This document shows positions 31,258 to 41,453 of a DNA stretch of 64,000 bases, piece after piece. The position numbers and the translations under genes are program-made. The number at the start of each line of letters is the position of its first letter. The stretch's first letter is position 1. The notes under the pieces were generated by a model that was given only the letters and a program-made list of their open reading frames with translations, had not been told where the DNA came from and searched no databases. This DNA comes from Terriglobia bacterium (GTDB lineage Bacteria; Acidobacteriota; Terriglobia; 2-12-FULL-54-10): the NCBI GenBank assembly GCA_963666975.2, contig CAXVYR010000004.1, forward strand, positions 640,001-704,000, in the 5' to 3' direction.

Positions 31258-33141
31258 TTACCATTGAGCCGCTGGTCCGCCGAGTTCCACCTGGGCCCCG
31301 GTCGGTTGCATCCCGATTTCGCGGGCCAGAGATGGAACCAGATGGACTACCTTGCCGCCCAGCATGGTCATCAACACCCGCAACTTGGGAATCTCCTCCA
31401 CCGGAACTGTCAGGTAGTCCTGATCGAGCACAATCAGGTCCGCCCATTTGCCCGGCTCCAGCGACCCCAGCACATCTTCCCGCAACGTCCCATAGGCCCC
31501 CCAGAGCGTCGCCGACTTCAACATCGCCCTGCGATCTATCCCTTGTTGCGGTGCGACAACCTTTCCGTCCCAATCTTTTCGGGTAATACCGGAATAAAGA
31601 ACATGGAAAAACGTTAGGTTGGTGTATTCACTAAGGGGCCGGTCAATTTCGACGCTGTTCATGATGCCCGCTTCATAGAGACTCTTGCGAGGAACCACTT
31701 GCATGGCACCCCGCTCGCCGTAATCCCGGAGGACGTCCTGTCCCCTTCCTTCCCAAATAAAAAAGTCCCAACCACTGGTCATCATGCCCAGCTCTTTGTA
31801 CCGTGGGATCTGGTCTGGCCGCGGATACATGGCCATGTGTTCGGTCACATGGCGTTTGGCCCGAATCTCATCCGGCGTCATGCCGGCATCCTTGCTCGCC
31901 TTCTCGATGATGTCCAGGACCCGATCTATCTCCCCATCCCCTATCTGATGGTCTCCCATCAGCCGCCCGCCGGCCTTGATATATTCATAAAGAGCCTTAT
32001 CCGCCCTGTTGACAGAGCCCTCGGCAAATCTGCATTTCGGTTCCCGTTGCTTGACCTCCGGGGAAGTGCCCGGCAGCTTGCTGCAGCCCCCGCCCATCAT
32101 CGAAGTCATGCCGGCAAACCAGAAATAATCCGAGCCTGTGCCTTCCCGGCTGACGTTGGCCTGAACAAAATAGGGATCTGAATGGAAGTCATTTCGAAAT
32201 GGCCAGAAATAGCCCCAGGCAAAGCGGGCAGCCAACCGACCCTGGCGGTCCAGGGTGCTGTAGGCGCGGATCGCTCCCCCGGTGTAGAGCGACGTCCCGT
32301 TGAGGGTCACCCCCAAGGCTGCCGTCCAGGACAACCCCAGACGGTAGATCTCCGCCAATACATCGGGCGGATAAACGACATCCTGTTCCACATACCGATA
32401 GCAGGTACCGCAGGCTCCCGTCTGCTCAAAATCTGTCGGCGCACCGCCAAGGTCTCCTAACGGCGAGTAGAGAAACTCGTCCCATTGATCCCCATAGAAC
32501 TTTTTTACGGCATCGATCGCTTTCTGGTTCATCAGAAGTCCGGTAAAGCCCCCGCGAACAATCAACGGATTGTTGGGAGCAGCCAGATCCAGCAACTGCT
32601 TGTTAATCTGGCGTCCCATAAGCTCCCTAATCTCTTTTCCCCACCGATATTCCTTCCCAAACAACAAACTGATCCGAATCCATTGTCCGGCCCTGGCCTT
32701 CTGGACCGCTTCGTCGAGGACCCGTGGAAATTGCTGGACCACCTCAGCCGCAGGAACGTTCAAAAACCGCTCAATGTGCATGTCATCGGATACCACTTTC
32801 CCTACAACCACCGGATTCAGCGGGCTCCAGTCCTGGGGGTGATCGTGCGTGGCGCCAAAGCCCGGCGTTACCGTCCTCCCCTTCAGGTCAATGGATTTGG
32901 TGTTGCTATCTGCCAGCCGCCGAACCTGGGAGTTGCCACCCACGGCCACGATTTTTCCACCCCGGATCGCAATCGCCTGAGCGATGGTGCCCAACTCCGA
33001 GTTGACCTCATGGTTGTCCACGGTCACGATCTTCCCATTGTAGAGAATGGTATCCGGTGCTTGTTGGGCCCAAAGGAGGCCCCGTCCAGCCCAAATGACA
33101 CACACCATCAGCACAACTCGCAAAACCCATTGCTTTTTCAT
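31258..33141 (-). CDS. Secreted amidohydrolase (Amidohydro_3/YtcJ-like), divergent paralogue 4
   Basis: Signal peptide, THDH, RHVTEH, VEIDRP, 'GSLEPGKWADLIVLD', shared tail 'LAREIGMQP'. Confidence 0.9.
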   Translation of the reverse strand: MKKQWVLRVVLMVCVIWAGRGLLWAQQAPDTILYNGKIVTVDNHEVNSELGTIAQAIAIRGGKIVAVGGNSQVRRLADSNTKSIDLKGRTVTPGFGATHDHPQDWSPLNPVVVGKVVSDDMHIERFLNVPAAEVVQQFPRVLDEAVQKARAGQWIRISLLFGKEYRWGKEIRELMGRQINKQLLDLAAPNNPLIVRGGFTGLLMNQKAIDAVKKFYGDQWDEFLYSPLGDLGGAPTDFEQTGACGTCYRYVEQDVVYPPDVLAEIYRLGLSWTAALGVTLNGTSLYTGGAIRAYSTLDRQGRLAARFAWGYFWPFRNDFHSDPYFVQANVSREGTGSDYFWFAGMTSMMGGGCSKLPGTSPEVKQREPKCRFAEGSVNRADKALYEYIKAGGRLMGDHQIGDGEIDRVLDIIEKASKDAGMTPDEIRAKRHVTEHMAMYPRPDQIPRYKELGMMTSGWDFFIWEGRGQDVLRDYGERGAMQVVPRKSLYEAGIMNSVEIDRPLSEYTNLTFFHVLYSGITRKDWDGKVVAPQQGIDRRAMLKSATLWGAYGTLREDVLGSLEPGKWADLIVLDQDYLTVPVEEIPKLRVLMTMLGGKVVHLVPSLAREIGMQPTGAQVELGGPAAQW

Positions 33142-33329
33142 GATTCACCCCTTCAGCTTTTGTTGGCAGGTTAAGCCAGAAGCTCCGAGTACAAAGTATA
33201 CGCTCCCCCGTTATCGGTTCCATCTCTTTTCGCCTCTCTTGTTGCAAGGCCTCAATCCTGTCCCCAATTGCTTTCCCCTCTCCCCTCGTGTAATCTTTTT
33301 CAATCATTTCAATCAGCCAAGGGTAATCC

Positions 33330-36300
33330 GTGCCCATGTCCCTAGATGCCCAGGTTCTTGCCAACCAGTATAGAGAATATCCAAATAGTTTGGATTTTTG
33401 GAACCACTTCCTGCGCAGGCTGGGTGTCTTTGGACTGGCGGTCATTCTTCACTTTCTGCTCGCACCTTACCACTCTCCAGCGCAGGGTCTCATCACCACC
33501 GTAGCCGGTAGTGGACGCTTCGTTTTTTCCGATGACGGCGGGTCGGCAACGAACGCGTCACTGGGAGAGATTGCGGGAATCGCGGTGGACGCGGCCGGCA
33601 ATGTCTTCGCAGCGGATTATGACAATAATCTCGTGGTGAAGATTTCCCCTGCCGGCGTTCTTACCGTGGTGGCGGGAAACGGTCTTTGTTGTTCGTCCGG
33701 CGATGACGGGCCGGCCACCAGCGCCTCGCTCACCTTTCCCGATGATGTGGCGGTGGATGCGGCCGGCAACCTGTACATCGCTTCCTTTGGCCGCATCCGC
33801 AGGGTTAGTCCGGACGGGATTATTGCCACCGTCGTGGTTGATGGCTTCAGCCCCAATGGTTTGACGGTAAACGCGGCCGGCGAGCTGTACATCGCGGACA
33901 CGCTGGACCACCAGATCTTCAAGGTTAATTTTTCCGAGAGGATTGTCACCACCGTTGCCGGCAGTGGGGTCGAGGGCTTTTCCGGAGACGGCGGGCCAGC
34001 CACAAGTGCCTCCCTCGCTTTGAACTTTCTTGGCTTGACCGGTTTGGCAGTGGATGCGACGGGCAACCTCTACGTCGCCGACACCAATAACCACCGCATC
34101 CGCAAGGTGAGCCCTGACGGGATCATCACCACCATAGCCGGTAGCGGTGAGACGGGCCGTTTCACCGGTGGTGGGTTTTCCGGCGATGGAGGGCCGGCCA
34201 TCAGCGCTTTACTGGATGCGCCGGAGGGAGTCGCAGTGGATTCCGCCGGTAACCTCTACATCGCTGACAGGTTTAACTTCCGCATCCGCAAGGTGAGCCC
34301 TGATGGGACTATCACTACCGTGGCGGGAAATGGAGATTTGGGCTTTTCGGGGGACGGCGGCCCCGCCATCAACGCTTCCCTGTCTTTTCTCTCCGATGTA
34401 GCGGTGGATGCGGCGGGCAACCTTTATGTGGCCGATTCGGATAACTATCGCGTCCGCAAGATCAGCCCCAATGGAACGATCACGACCATAGCCGGGAATG
34501 GTTTATTCAAATTTTCTGGGGACGGAGGCCCGGCTACAAGTGCCTCGCTCGATGCGCCCTTCGGCGTGGCGGTGGATTCGCTGGGCAACTCCTACATCGC
34601 CGACACGGATAACGACGCCATCCGCAAGGTAAGCCCCGAGGGGATCATTACAACCGTAGCCGGGGGGATTGGAGTCCGCGGCTTTTCCGGGGACGACGGA
34701 CCGGCGACAGCGGCAGCGCTGAATGAACCCTTCGATGTGGCCGTGGATGCACTGGACAACCTCTACATCGGCGACGCAGGCAATAACCGCATCCGCAAGG
34801 TCGGCCTTGACGGAACAATCTCGACCGTAGCCGGAAACGGAGTCGATGGCTTTTCCGGCGATGGGGGCCCAGCCACCAGCGCTTCTCTAAAGTCTCGTCT
34901 CAGCGTGGCTGTGGACACACTCGGCAACCTTTACATCGCCGACACCTTCCACAACCGCATCCGCAAGGTGAGCTTCGCCGGGATAATCACTACCGTGGCC
35001 GGGGACGGTTTCGGGGGCTTTTCCGGAGATGGAGATCTGTCCACCCGCGCCTCACTCGATCTCCCGCGTAGTGTGGACGTAGATGCGACGGGCAACCTGT
35101 ACATCGCCGATTCCGATAACGACCGCATCCGCAAGGTGCTGACCACCGTGTCCTCCTTCTCGGTTAGTCCTGCGACTCTGAATTTCACAGCGATTGCCGG
35201 CTCGACGGAGATTCCGGCTCACCGAATTACTGTTTCCAGCCCCATAGTCGGTCTGCCCTGGAGTACGCGGGCATCCACGGAAACCGGCGTCGGCTGGATA
35301 GCCCTTTCGGCTGTCTCTGGCTTTTCGCCCGGCACCCTGAGCGTTTTTGTGAGTGCGGCTAGTTTGGAGCCGGGCACTTACCGGGGCGCGGTGACGGTGC
35401 AGTCGGCCCTGGCTTCTCCTCCGACGCAGACCGTGACTATCGAGTTTACCGTCACTCCGGCTTTACCTGCGCAGCTTGCCGTCGAGTCCTCCTCGCTCAC
35501 CTTTGAAATTTCAACTGGAGTGGATTCCCCCCCGGCGCAGACGCTGCGCATCAGCAATGCCGGCGGAGGAACGCTCGACTGGATGGCGCAAGCCAGCACG
35601 ATTTCCGGCGGCAACTGGCTGAGCGTCTCGCCGTCCTCGGGCTCGGCTCCGGCTGGCGCGCCGGCGGTGGTCCAGGTGAGCGCCAACGTCGCCGGCCTGG
35701 AGCCTGCCGTTTATTCGGGCTCAGTCCGGGTCGAGAGCCCCGGTAGCGACCCGCGATCAGTAGCCGTGACTTTGCTCGTCTCGCAGGTGCCCCAGATTAT
35801 CCTAGTGAGCCACAGCGGATTACTGTTCACTGGGGTGGTAGGCGGCGGGATAGTGCCGCCGCAAACCTTCGATGTCCTCAACACCGGCGAAGGGACAATG
35901 AACTGGACGGTCGAGACCAGCACTACAGGGGGCGGCAATTGGCTGAGTGTGTCGCCAACCAGCGGCACGAGCGAGGCAGCCTCGGCGCAGTCCCCGACTG
36001 TCAATGTTATTGTGAACATGGCTGGGCTGCCCACCGGGGCGTATAGCGGACTGATCGAAGTCAGCGCGCCGGTGGCGAACAACTCGCCGCAGTTTGTCAC
36101 CGTAACCTTGAACGTGCTGCCGGCGGGGAGCAATCCGGGGGTGCTGGTGCGGCCAACAGGTCTGATCTTCACGGCGCAGGCCGGAACCTCTTCGCCCGGC
36201 TCACAAACGGTGCATCTGGCTACAGCAGGGCTCGGCAACCGGACATTTGTCAGCGGCCTGCTGACCCTCGATGGTGGCGATTGGCTGGAGGCGGTCCCGC

Positions 36301-37562
36301 ACAGCGGGGTAGTTTCAGCAGGCGACCCCGTGACGATTACCATCCAACCAACACTGAGCGAACTGGTTCCCGCAGTATACCGCGCCGCGCTGACTTTGCT
36401 GTTCGCCGACGGCAGCCCGACGCAGGTGGTAGACATCCTGTTTTTGGTGGTAGCGCCTTCGGCTGGCGCGACCTCGGCACGGCTTCGTTCCGCTCCCAGC
36501 CAAAATGAAACCGCGGAGGGCTGTGTTCCCCAGCGTTTACTCGCAGTGCAGCGCATTCTGGGAATCAACTTTGTTTCGCCGGTAGCCTGGCCCAGCACCA
36601 TCGAGGCGCAAGTGGTGGACGACTGCGGTAATGCGGTGGCTGATGCCCCTGTAGTTGCCAGCTTCTCGAACGGCGACCCGCCGCTGCCGCTGGTGAGCCT
36701 GCGCGATGGACGTTACGTGGGCACATGGAGGCCGGTGAACCCCGCAGCGCAGGTAACAGTGACGGTGCAGGCCAACTTGCCGCCACTGGTTCCAGTCGAG
36801 GTGCAGGTACAGGGCCAGGTGAGCAGCAATCCTGAGGCACCGGCGCTGAATACCGGTGGGATCGTCAACGCGGCCAGTTTTGCTCCCGGTGAAGCCTTGG
36901 CACCGGGCAGCATCGTCTCGGTGTTTGGGAGCAATCTGACCCAAGGGCAGCATTTTGCTTCGCAACTGCCGCTGGAAACCACACTGGGTGGGGCCCCGCT
37001 AGTGGTGGGTGGCGTGGAGCAACATCTGTTTTTCTCCAGCGACGGGCAGATCAACGCACAGATTCCCTTCGAGCTGCCAGCTAACAGCCGCCCGCAGATG
37101 GTGGTGCGGGTCCAGCGGGAAGGCGGCGCGGAAGCCATTAGCGTGCCGGAGACGATCACGATAGCGGAAGCGCGGCCCGCGATCTTCACCACCAATCAGC
37201 AGGGCACCGGACAGGGAGCAATCCTGAACCAGGACTCTTCGCCCAACTCGGCAAAGAACCCGGAAGTGGTGGGCAATGTGATTCAAGTATTCTCCACTGG
37301 GCTTGGCAACACGGACCCTGGGGTGCCGTCTGGCCAGCTAGCGCCGAGCCAAGAGCCCTTGGCACGGGTCATCATTCCAGTGCAGGCGCAAATTGGAGGG
37401 AGTTCAGCGGCGGTACAGTTCGCCGGATTAGCACCCGGCTTTGTGGGTCTTTACCAAGTAAACGTGCAGATTCCAGCAGGTGTTGAACCAGGTTCAGAAA
37501 TCCCGCTGGTCTTGTTCCAGAATGGTGTGCCCTCGAACACCGTCACTGTTGCACTGCAATAG
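33330..37562 (+). CDS. Large surface protein: 10 NHL repeats, BACON/Ig-like domains, TIGR03437-type C-terminus
   Basis: Ten 'GNLYIAD..N.RIRKV' units with 'GFSGDGGPA' linkers; 'WLSVSPSSG'; 'VNAASF', 'FAGLAPGFVGLYQVN'. Confidence 0.9.
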   Translation: MPMSLDAQVLANQYREYPNSLDFWNHFLRRLGVFGLAVILHFLLAPYHSPAQGLITTVAGSGRFVFSDDGGSATNASLGEIAGIAVDAAGNVFAADYDNNLVVKISPAGVLTVVAGNGLCCSSGDDGPATSASLTFPDDVAVDAAGNLYIASFGRIRRVSPDGIIATVVVDGFSPNGLTVNAAGELYIADTLDHQIFKVNFSERIVTTVAGSGVEGFSGDGGPATSASLALNFLGLTGLAVDATGNLYVADTNNHRIRKVSPDGIITTIAGSGETGRFTGGGFSGDGGPAISALLDAPEGVAVDSAGNLYIADRFNFRIRKVSPDGTITTVAGNGDLGFSGDGGPAINASLSFLSDVAVDAAGNLYVADSDNYRVRKISPNGTITTIAGNGLFKFSGDGGPATSASLDAPFGVAVDSLGNSYIADTDNDAIRKVSPEGIITTVAGGIGVRGFSGDDGPATAAALNEPFDVAVDALDNLYIGDAGNNRIRKVGLDGTISTVAGNGVDGFSGDGGPATSASLKSRLSVAVDTLGNLYIADTFHNRIRKVSFAGIITTVAGDGFGGFSGDGDLSTRASLDLPRSVDVDATGNLYIADSDNDRIRKVLTTVSSFSVSPATLNFTAIAGSTEIPAHRITVSSPIVGLPWSTRASTETGVGWIALSAVSGFSPGTLSVFVSAASLEPGTYRGAVTVQSALASPPTQTVTIEFTVTPALPAQLAVESSSLTFEISTGVDSPPAQTLRISNAGGGTLDWMAQASTISGGNWLSVSPSSGSAPAGAPAVVQVSANVAGLEPAVYSGSVRVESPGSDPRSVAVTLLVSQVPQIILVSHSGLLFTGVVGGGIVPPQTFDVLNTGEGTMNWTVETSTTGGGNWLSVSPTSGTSEAASAQSPTVNVIVNMAGLPTGAYSGLIEVSAPVANNSPQFVTVTLNVLPAGSNPGVLVRPTGLIFTAQAGTSSPGSQTVHLATAGLGNRTFVSGLLTLDGGDWLEAVPHSGVVSAGDPVTITIQPTLSELVPAVYRAALTLLFADGSPTQVVDILFLVVAPSAGATSARLRSAPSQNETAEGCVPQRLLAVQRILGINFVSPVAWPSTIEAQVVDDCGNAVADAPVVASFSNGDPPLPLVSLRDGRYVGTWRPVNPAAQVTVTVQANLPPLVPVEVQVQGQVSSNPEAPALNTGGIVNAASFAPGEALAPGSIVSVFGSNLTQGQHFASQLPLETTLGGAPLVVGGVEQHLFFSSDGQINAQIPFELPANSRPQMVVRVQREGGAEAISVPETITIAEARPAIFTTNQQGTGQGAILNQDSSPNSAKNPEVVGNVIQVFSTGLGNTDPGVPSGQLAPSQEPLARVIIPVQAQIGGSSAAVQFAGLAPGFVGLYQVNVQIPAGVEPGSEIPLVLFQNGVPSNTVTVALQ

Positions 37563-37586
37563 CCTCTTTGGGGCGCGGACTGGAAT

Positions 37587-37631
37587 AACTGGTTTGAAGA
37601 ACTGAAGCATGAAGGTGCCCACAGGGAATGA
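37587..37631 (+). pseudogene. Orphan 3' tail of a Ser/Thr kinase-TolB-like gene ('NWFEELK')
   Basis: aac tgg ttt gaa gaa ctg aag; matches 38574-38648 and 40145-40173. Confidence 0.5.
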
Positions 37632-37634
37632 CTG

Positions 37635-37937
37635 ATGAAAGCAAAGAAAATCTGCCCCAGGTGCAAGTGGGATTTTCATTTCAGGAAAAAGGGGAAGTGT
37701 CCGGGATGCGGGGCGACACTAATGCTTCCATCTGATCGATGGACGGAAGTTCGCCCAACAAAAGAGTATTATGCGTTGGACTATCCCTCATCGACAGGGC
37801 GATGGCATTACATTGACGATATGGACAAGGCTGTGCAGCGAGCCATGCTTCAATATGAGGCCGCGATGCAGGGTGAGAGAAAGCAAGCAGAAGAAAAAGA
37901 ATTGGCGAGAACGCTGTCCAGATACGGTCCCGATTGA
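37635..37937 (+). CDS. Hypothetical protein with CxxC...CxxC zinc ribbon, 100 aa
   Basis: CPRC and CPGC motifs; helical C-terminus. Confidence 0.55.
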   Translation: MKAKKICPRCKWDFHFRKKGKCPGCGATLMLPSDRWTEVRPTKEYYALDYPSSTGRWHYIDDMDKAVQRAMLQYEAAMQGERKQAEEKELARTLSRYGPD

Positions 37938-38120
37938 GAACCTAATAAGCCATACGATCTGAGAATGGAACATGGCCTATTCAACCGCGCTTCCAAATCA
38001 TCAGTCCACCCCGAGCGAACCCGTCATTGCTTGACTGGAACTTGGAAGCAAACCATTGTCGGAGTGTACAATATCGAATCAAGAAAGCACTTACCGGACA
38101 TCCCCAAAAAGGAGGGTAAC

Positions 38121-38483
38121 TTGGCAACGCTGGATCGGTGCTGCTCTATTCACCCCTATTTCAAGATTCGTGAAGGACATGTGGAGGACTTCAAGGCCCT
38201 TTGTGAACGATTTGTTGCAAAAACGAATCAGGAACCCAAAGCTCTATATTATGGCTTCAGCTTAGATGGAAATGAAGTTCATTGCCGGGAAGGTTATTCA
38301 GATGCTGAAGGGTTATTGAGCCATCTCGATAACGTCGCATCCCTCTTGGAAGAGGCCCTCAAGATTGCCGACCTCACTCGTCTGGAAGTTCATGGTGCCG
38401 AAGAGGAGTTATCGAAACTGCGAGAGTCCCTAGCCTCACTCAAGCCACAATTCTTCACATTGGAGTATGGGTTCCGCCGTTAA
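38121..38483 (+). CDS. Dimeric alpha/beta-barrel (ABM/quinol monooxygenase-like) protein
   Basis: 'PYFKI..G..EDFKALC', 'EPKALYYGF', 'REGY.DAEGLL.HL'; TTG start after AGGAGG. Confidence 0.75.
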   Translation: MATLDRCCSIHPYFKIREGHVEDFKALCERFVAKTNQEPKALYYGFSLDGNEVHCREGYSDAEGLLSHLDNVASLLEEALKIADLTRLEVHGAEEELSKLRESLASLKPQFFTLEYGFRR

Positions 38484-38573
38484 CAACCTATCGCTCCAAG
38501 TCGTTTGCAAGTTGCTTCGTGATGACAGGGTGCGCGTAGACCTTCCCGATGAAACCCTGCCCTTCATGCAGGT

Positions 38574-38648
38574 GGGAACGAAGCGCCGCAAATCACCATC
38601 GTGCTGAACTGGTTTGAAGAGCTAAAGCGGCGGCTGCCTGCCAACTGA
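38574..38648 (+). pseudogene. Orphan 3' tail of a Ser/Thr kinase-TolB-like gene
   Basis: Translates GNEAPQITIVLNWFEELKRRLPAN-stop with no gene body upstream. Confidence 0.6.
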
Positions 38649-38676
38649 ACCGCCGTAAGGCCCAAAAGTTAATTCC
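38648..38676 (+). repeat. Short core copy of the dispersed non-coding element
   Basis: aaccgccgtaaggcccaaaagttaattcc vs copy A minus strand aaccgccgtaagggcaaaaagttaattcc (27/29). Confidence 0.65.
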
Positions 38677-38725
38677 TGTTAGATTGGGGAGCGTGGCGGA
38701 TAATATCGATAGCCGGAAGGTAACC

Positions 38726-39400
38726 ATGAACAACTTATGTGCCGCATTTTTGTTGCTGGCAGCATTGGTATTCCTGATGTTTGGAGCCGCTCAGGCAGAG
38801 ACAATCCACTTCGACTCGGACTCCATCGGTTCCCTGCCTTCAGGTTGGTCCTCGGCGATGACCCACAGCGGTGGGCTGGGCCGGTGGGAGATCGTCAGAG
38901 ACGACACGGCGCCGAGCAAGCCCAATGTGCTGGCACAGCTTTCCTCCGACAGCACGCGTGGGCGTTACCCGCTGGCGGTCTTCAACAAAGTGAGTTGCAA
39001 GAATGGTGACCTGCGCGTGAAATTAAAGCCGGTCTCGGGCGAGGTGGATGCTTCCGGCGGCCTGGTATGGCGTTACCTGGACGAGAATAACTACTACATC
39101 GTCCGCGCCAATGCGCTGGAGGACAACGTAGTCCTCTATAAAGTCGAAAACGGCAAACGCTCTTCCCTGGCTCCGAAGGGAAAGGCCCTGGGAACATACG
39201 GCGTCGAGACAAAGGTGTCCGGGCAAACCTGGCACACACTCCGTGTCGCCTTCCAGGGCTCTCTCTTTACCGTCTACTTTAACGGAGAAAAGCTGTTTGA
39301 AGTGGAGGACACCACTTTCACCCAGGCAGGCAATGTCGGCTTGTGGAGCAAGGCTGACAGCGTCACCCATTTTGACGATTTTCAGGTTGCAGTGAAATAA
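38726..39400 (+). CDS. Secreted DUF1080 / concanavalin-like beta-sandwich protein
   Basis: Signal peptide; 'GGLVWRYLDENNYYIVRANALEDN', 'GNVGLWSKADSVTHFDDF'. Confidence 0.85.
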   Translation: MNNLCAAFLLLAALVFLMFGAAQAETIHFDSDSIGSLPSGWSSAMTHSGGLGRWEIVRDDTAPSKPNVLAQLSSDSTRGRYPLAVFNKVSCKNGDLRVKLKPVSGEVDASGGLVWRYLDENNYYIVRANALEDNVVLYKVENGKRSSLAPKGKALGTYGVETKVSGQTWHTLRVAFQGSLFTVYFNGEKLFEVEDTTFTQAGNVGLWSKADSVTHFDDFQVAVK

Positions 39401-39457
39401 GGCACCGCTTGCCGCCCCGCGCTTGGCAGATGAAGCGAAGGCTATCCGCACCACTGT

Positions 39458-39615
39458 GCGGAAATCAAATTATGGACCGAGAGAAGGGCTGGGGAATTGC
39501 TGGCTGAGTCTACCAAGCGCGGCGGGGACAGGAAGTCGGAATCAAAATCACGCGATGTTACTTTGAGCGAAGTTGGCATCACCCGGATGCAATCCCACCG
39601 CTGGCAGGCTGTGGC
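39458..39615 (+). pseudogene. Phage-type relic resembling the N-terminal region of MT-A70-associated proteins
   Basis: 'AEIKLWTERRAGELLAE..KRGGDRKS...TLSEVGITRMQSHRWQ'; no start and no catalytic domain. Confidence 0.5.
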
Positions 39616-39854
39616 GGGGGGTTGCCTAAAAAGAAAAACTGCCGCACTCGACCTGCCCGCACTGCGAGGAGAGGGTATTCGACGCACTGCCCCCGGTGTA
39701 ATGCGGAGGAGGGAGGAGTTACGAGGAAAAATTGAAGAATGACCGTCAGTCCAAGGACACCCAGCCTGCGCAGGAGGTGGTTCCACAAATCCAAACTATT
39801 TGGACCAACGCCAAAGGGGTTTACAACAGCCTGGGTGCCTGGGGAAACTGACAC
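39579..39854 (-). pseudogene. Truncated third NHL-protein gene (leader and signal peptide only)
   Basis: 'NSLDLWNHLLRRLGVLGLTVILQFFLVTPPS' matches the N-termini at 33330 and 46241; upstream DNA 39860-40110 matches 46250-46570. Confidence 0.75.
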
Positions 39855-40144
39855 GTGTTACCCCTCGTTTCATTGAAAATGTTGAGGAAAGATTACATGA
39901 CGTGAAAAGGTAAATCAATTGTTGGACGGGGTTTCCTGGGCCTGTAGCTGGGCTCCGAGTGCGGTCGAGGAGACAAGCCCCAGATTACTCCTCAGTAGTC
40001 GCCTTATGTTTACCGACGATCCATTCTGCCCCAGTGACGGCGCACTCGGAAACTATCCGGCGGCAGGCCGTACATAGTTTCCGAGTAGGCGACCACTCGG
40101 ACAGAATCACGCCCTTCACATTTGAGGTCTTGACCGGTCAAACA

Positions 40145-40173
40145 ACACGCCGCTACAACTCTTCAAACCAGCT
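40145..40173 (-). pseudogene. Degenerate kinase tail ('WFEEL*RRV')
   Basis: Minus strand tgg ttt gaa gag ttg tag cgg cgt gtt, just after the stop of the second NHL gene. Confidence 0.4.
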
Positions 40174-41453
40174 CTTCTTGTCTGCCTGTCAGTCTTACTA
40201 AATCAACTACTGCACAGTCATCGTGACCGTAGGGCTGCTCTGCCCGGCCACGTTAAGGACCACCGGCACGTCGTTGCCAGTCGTTACCCCCTCGGGAACC
40301 ACGGCGTTAACTTGATACAATCCAGCATAGCCCGGCGCGAGCCCTGCAAATTGTACCGGGGCATTCACTCCTCCAATGGTAACCATGACTGGGTTTGCCG
40401 TTATAGCTAGAGGAAGCGAGGAAGGCGCGGCTTCACCTGCGGTTACCGGCGGGTTTACCGCTCCCAGCCCGGAGCACCAGATAGTCACCACGTCTCCCGT
40501 CTTGGCCGGGTTCGACCCGTCCGCCAGCACCGAGGTCGTCGCCGTGGCCACAAAGACCAACCCTTGCCCCTTGCCCGACTGGTTCAGTGTAAAGACCGCC
40601 GGTTGGGCATCTGCTACAGTCACAGGTTCCGGCACTGTAAAACTCGTCCCCCGCTGCACCACAAGCTGATGCTCCGTGTTAGTGGCTATCCCGTAGGGCA
40701 CCATTGCGTTGATCTGTCCTTCGCTGGTGAACAGCAATGGGAGCGTTTGCCCGCCCAGCAGCACCGAGGTGCCCGCCAACTGCGTGGACAGCGGGAGCGC
40801 ATCGGCAGTGCCGGTCCCGTCGGCCATCTCCACCCCGAAGATCGAGATCATGCTGCCCGGCGAGGCTGGAACCAGCGCCGCGAAGCTGGCCGCGCTCACC
40901 ACCCCCCCTGCATTGACCTGAGGAATACTCGGATTGGCCTGTAGTCCTCCCACCAGATCGGCCGTTCCCTGCAACGTCGTGCCGGGGATCGCTGCCGTCA
41001 CCGTGATTGTGACCGCAGCTACTCCGGCATTGCGGGCCTGCCAGGTTCCGCTCCATCGCCCATCGCGCAGGGGGACCAGGCTCAGCGGAGGATCGCCGTT
41101 GGAGAAAGTCGCCAGCACGGACCCGCTGACCATCGGGTTGCCACAGTCATCCACCACCCGCACCTCCACCGGGGTTGGCCACGCGGCAGGCACGTTGAAC
41201 TGATCCGGCAATAAGGTGAAAACAGGGAGCAATTCCGTCGGCGTACAGGTGCTTTGCGCCGGAAATGCTTGCTGCTGCGCCCCTGCGCCGGCGGTCAATA
41301 CGAATAACAACCTCACCGTCCGGACAGTGCCATCCTGGAATAACAGTGTCAACACTCCTCGCCGGATGCCAGCCTCCAGCCCGCTGAGTTCGGGCTGCAC
41401 CACGATCCGGCTCGGCCGGTCTGGGGCTACTGTAGCGTTGGTGGGGAGGTGGA

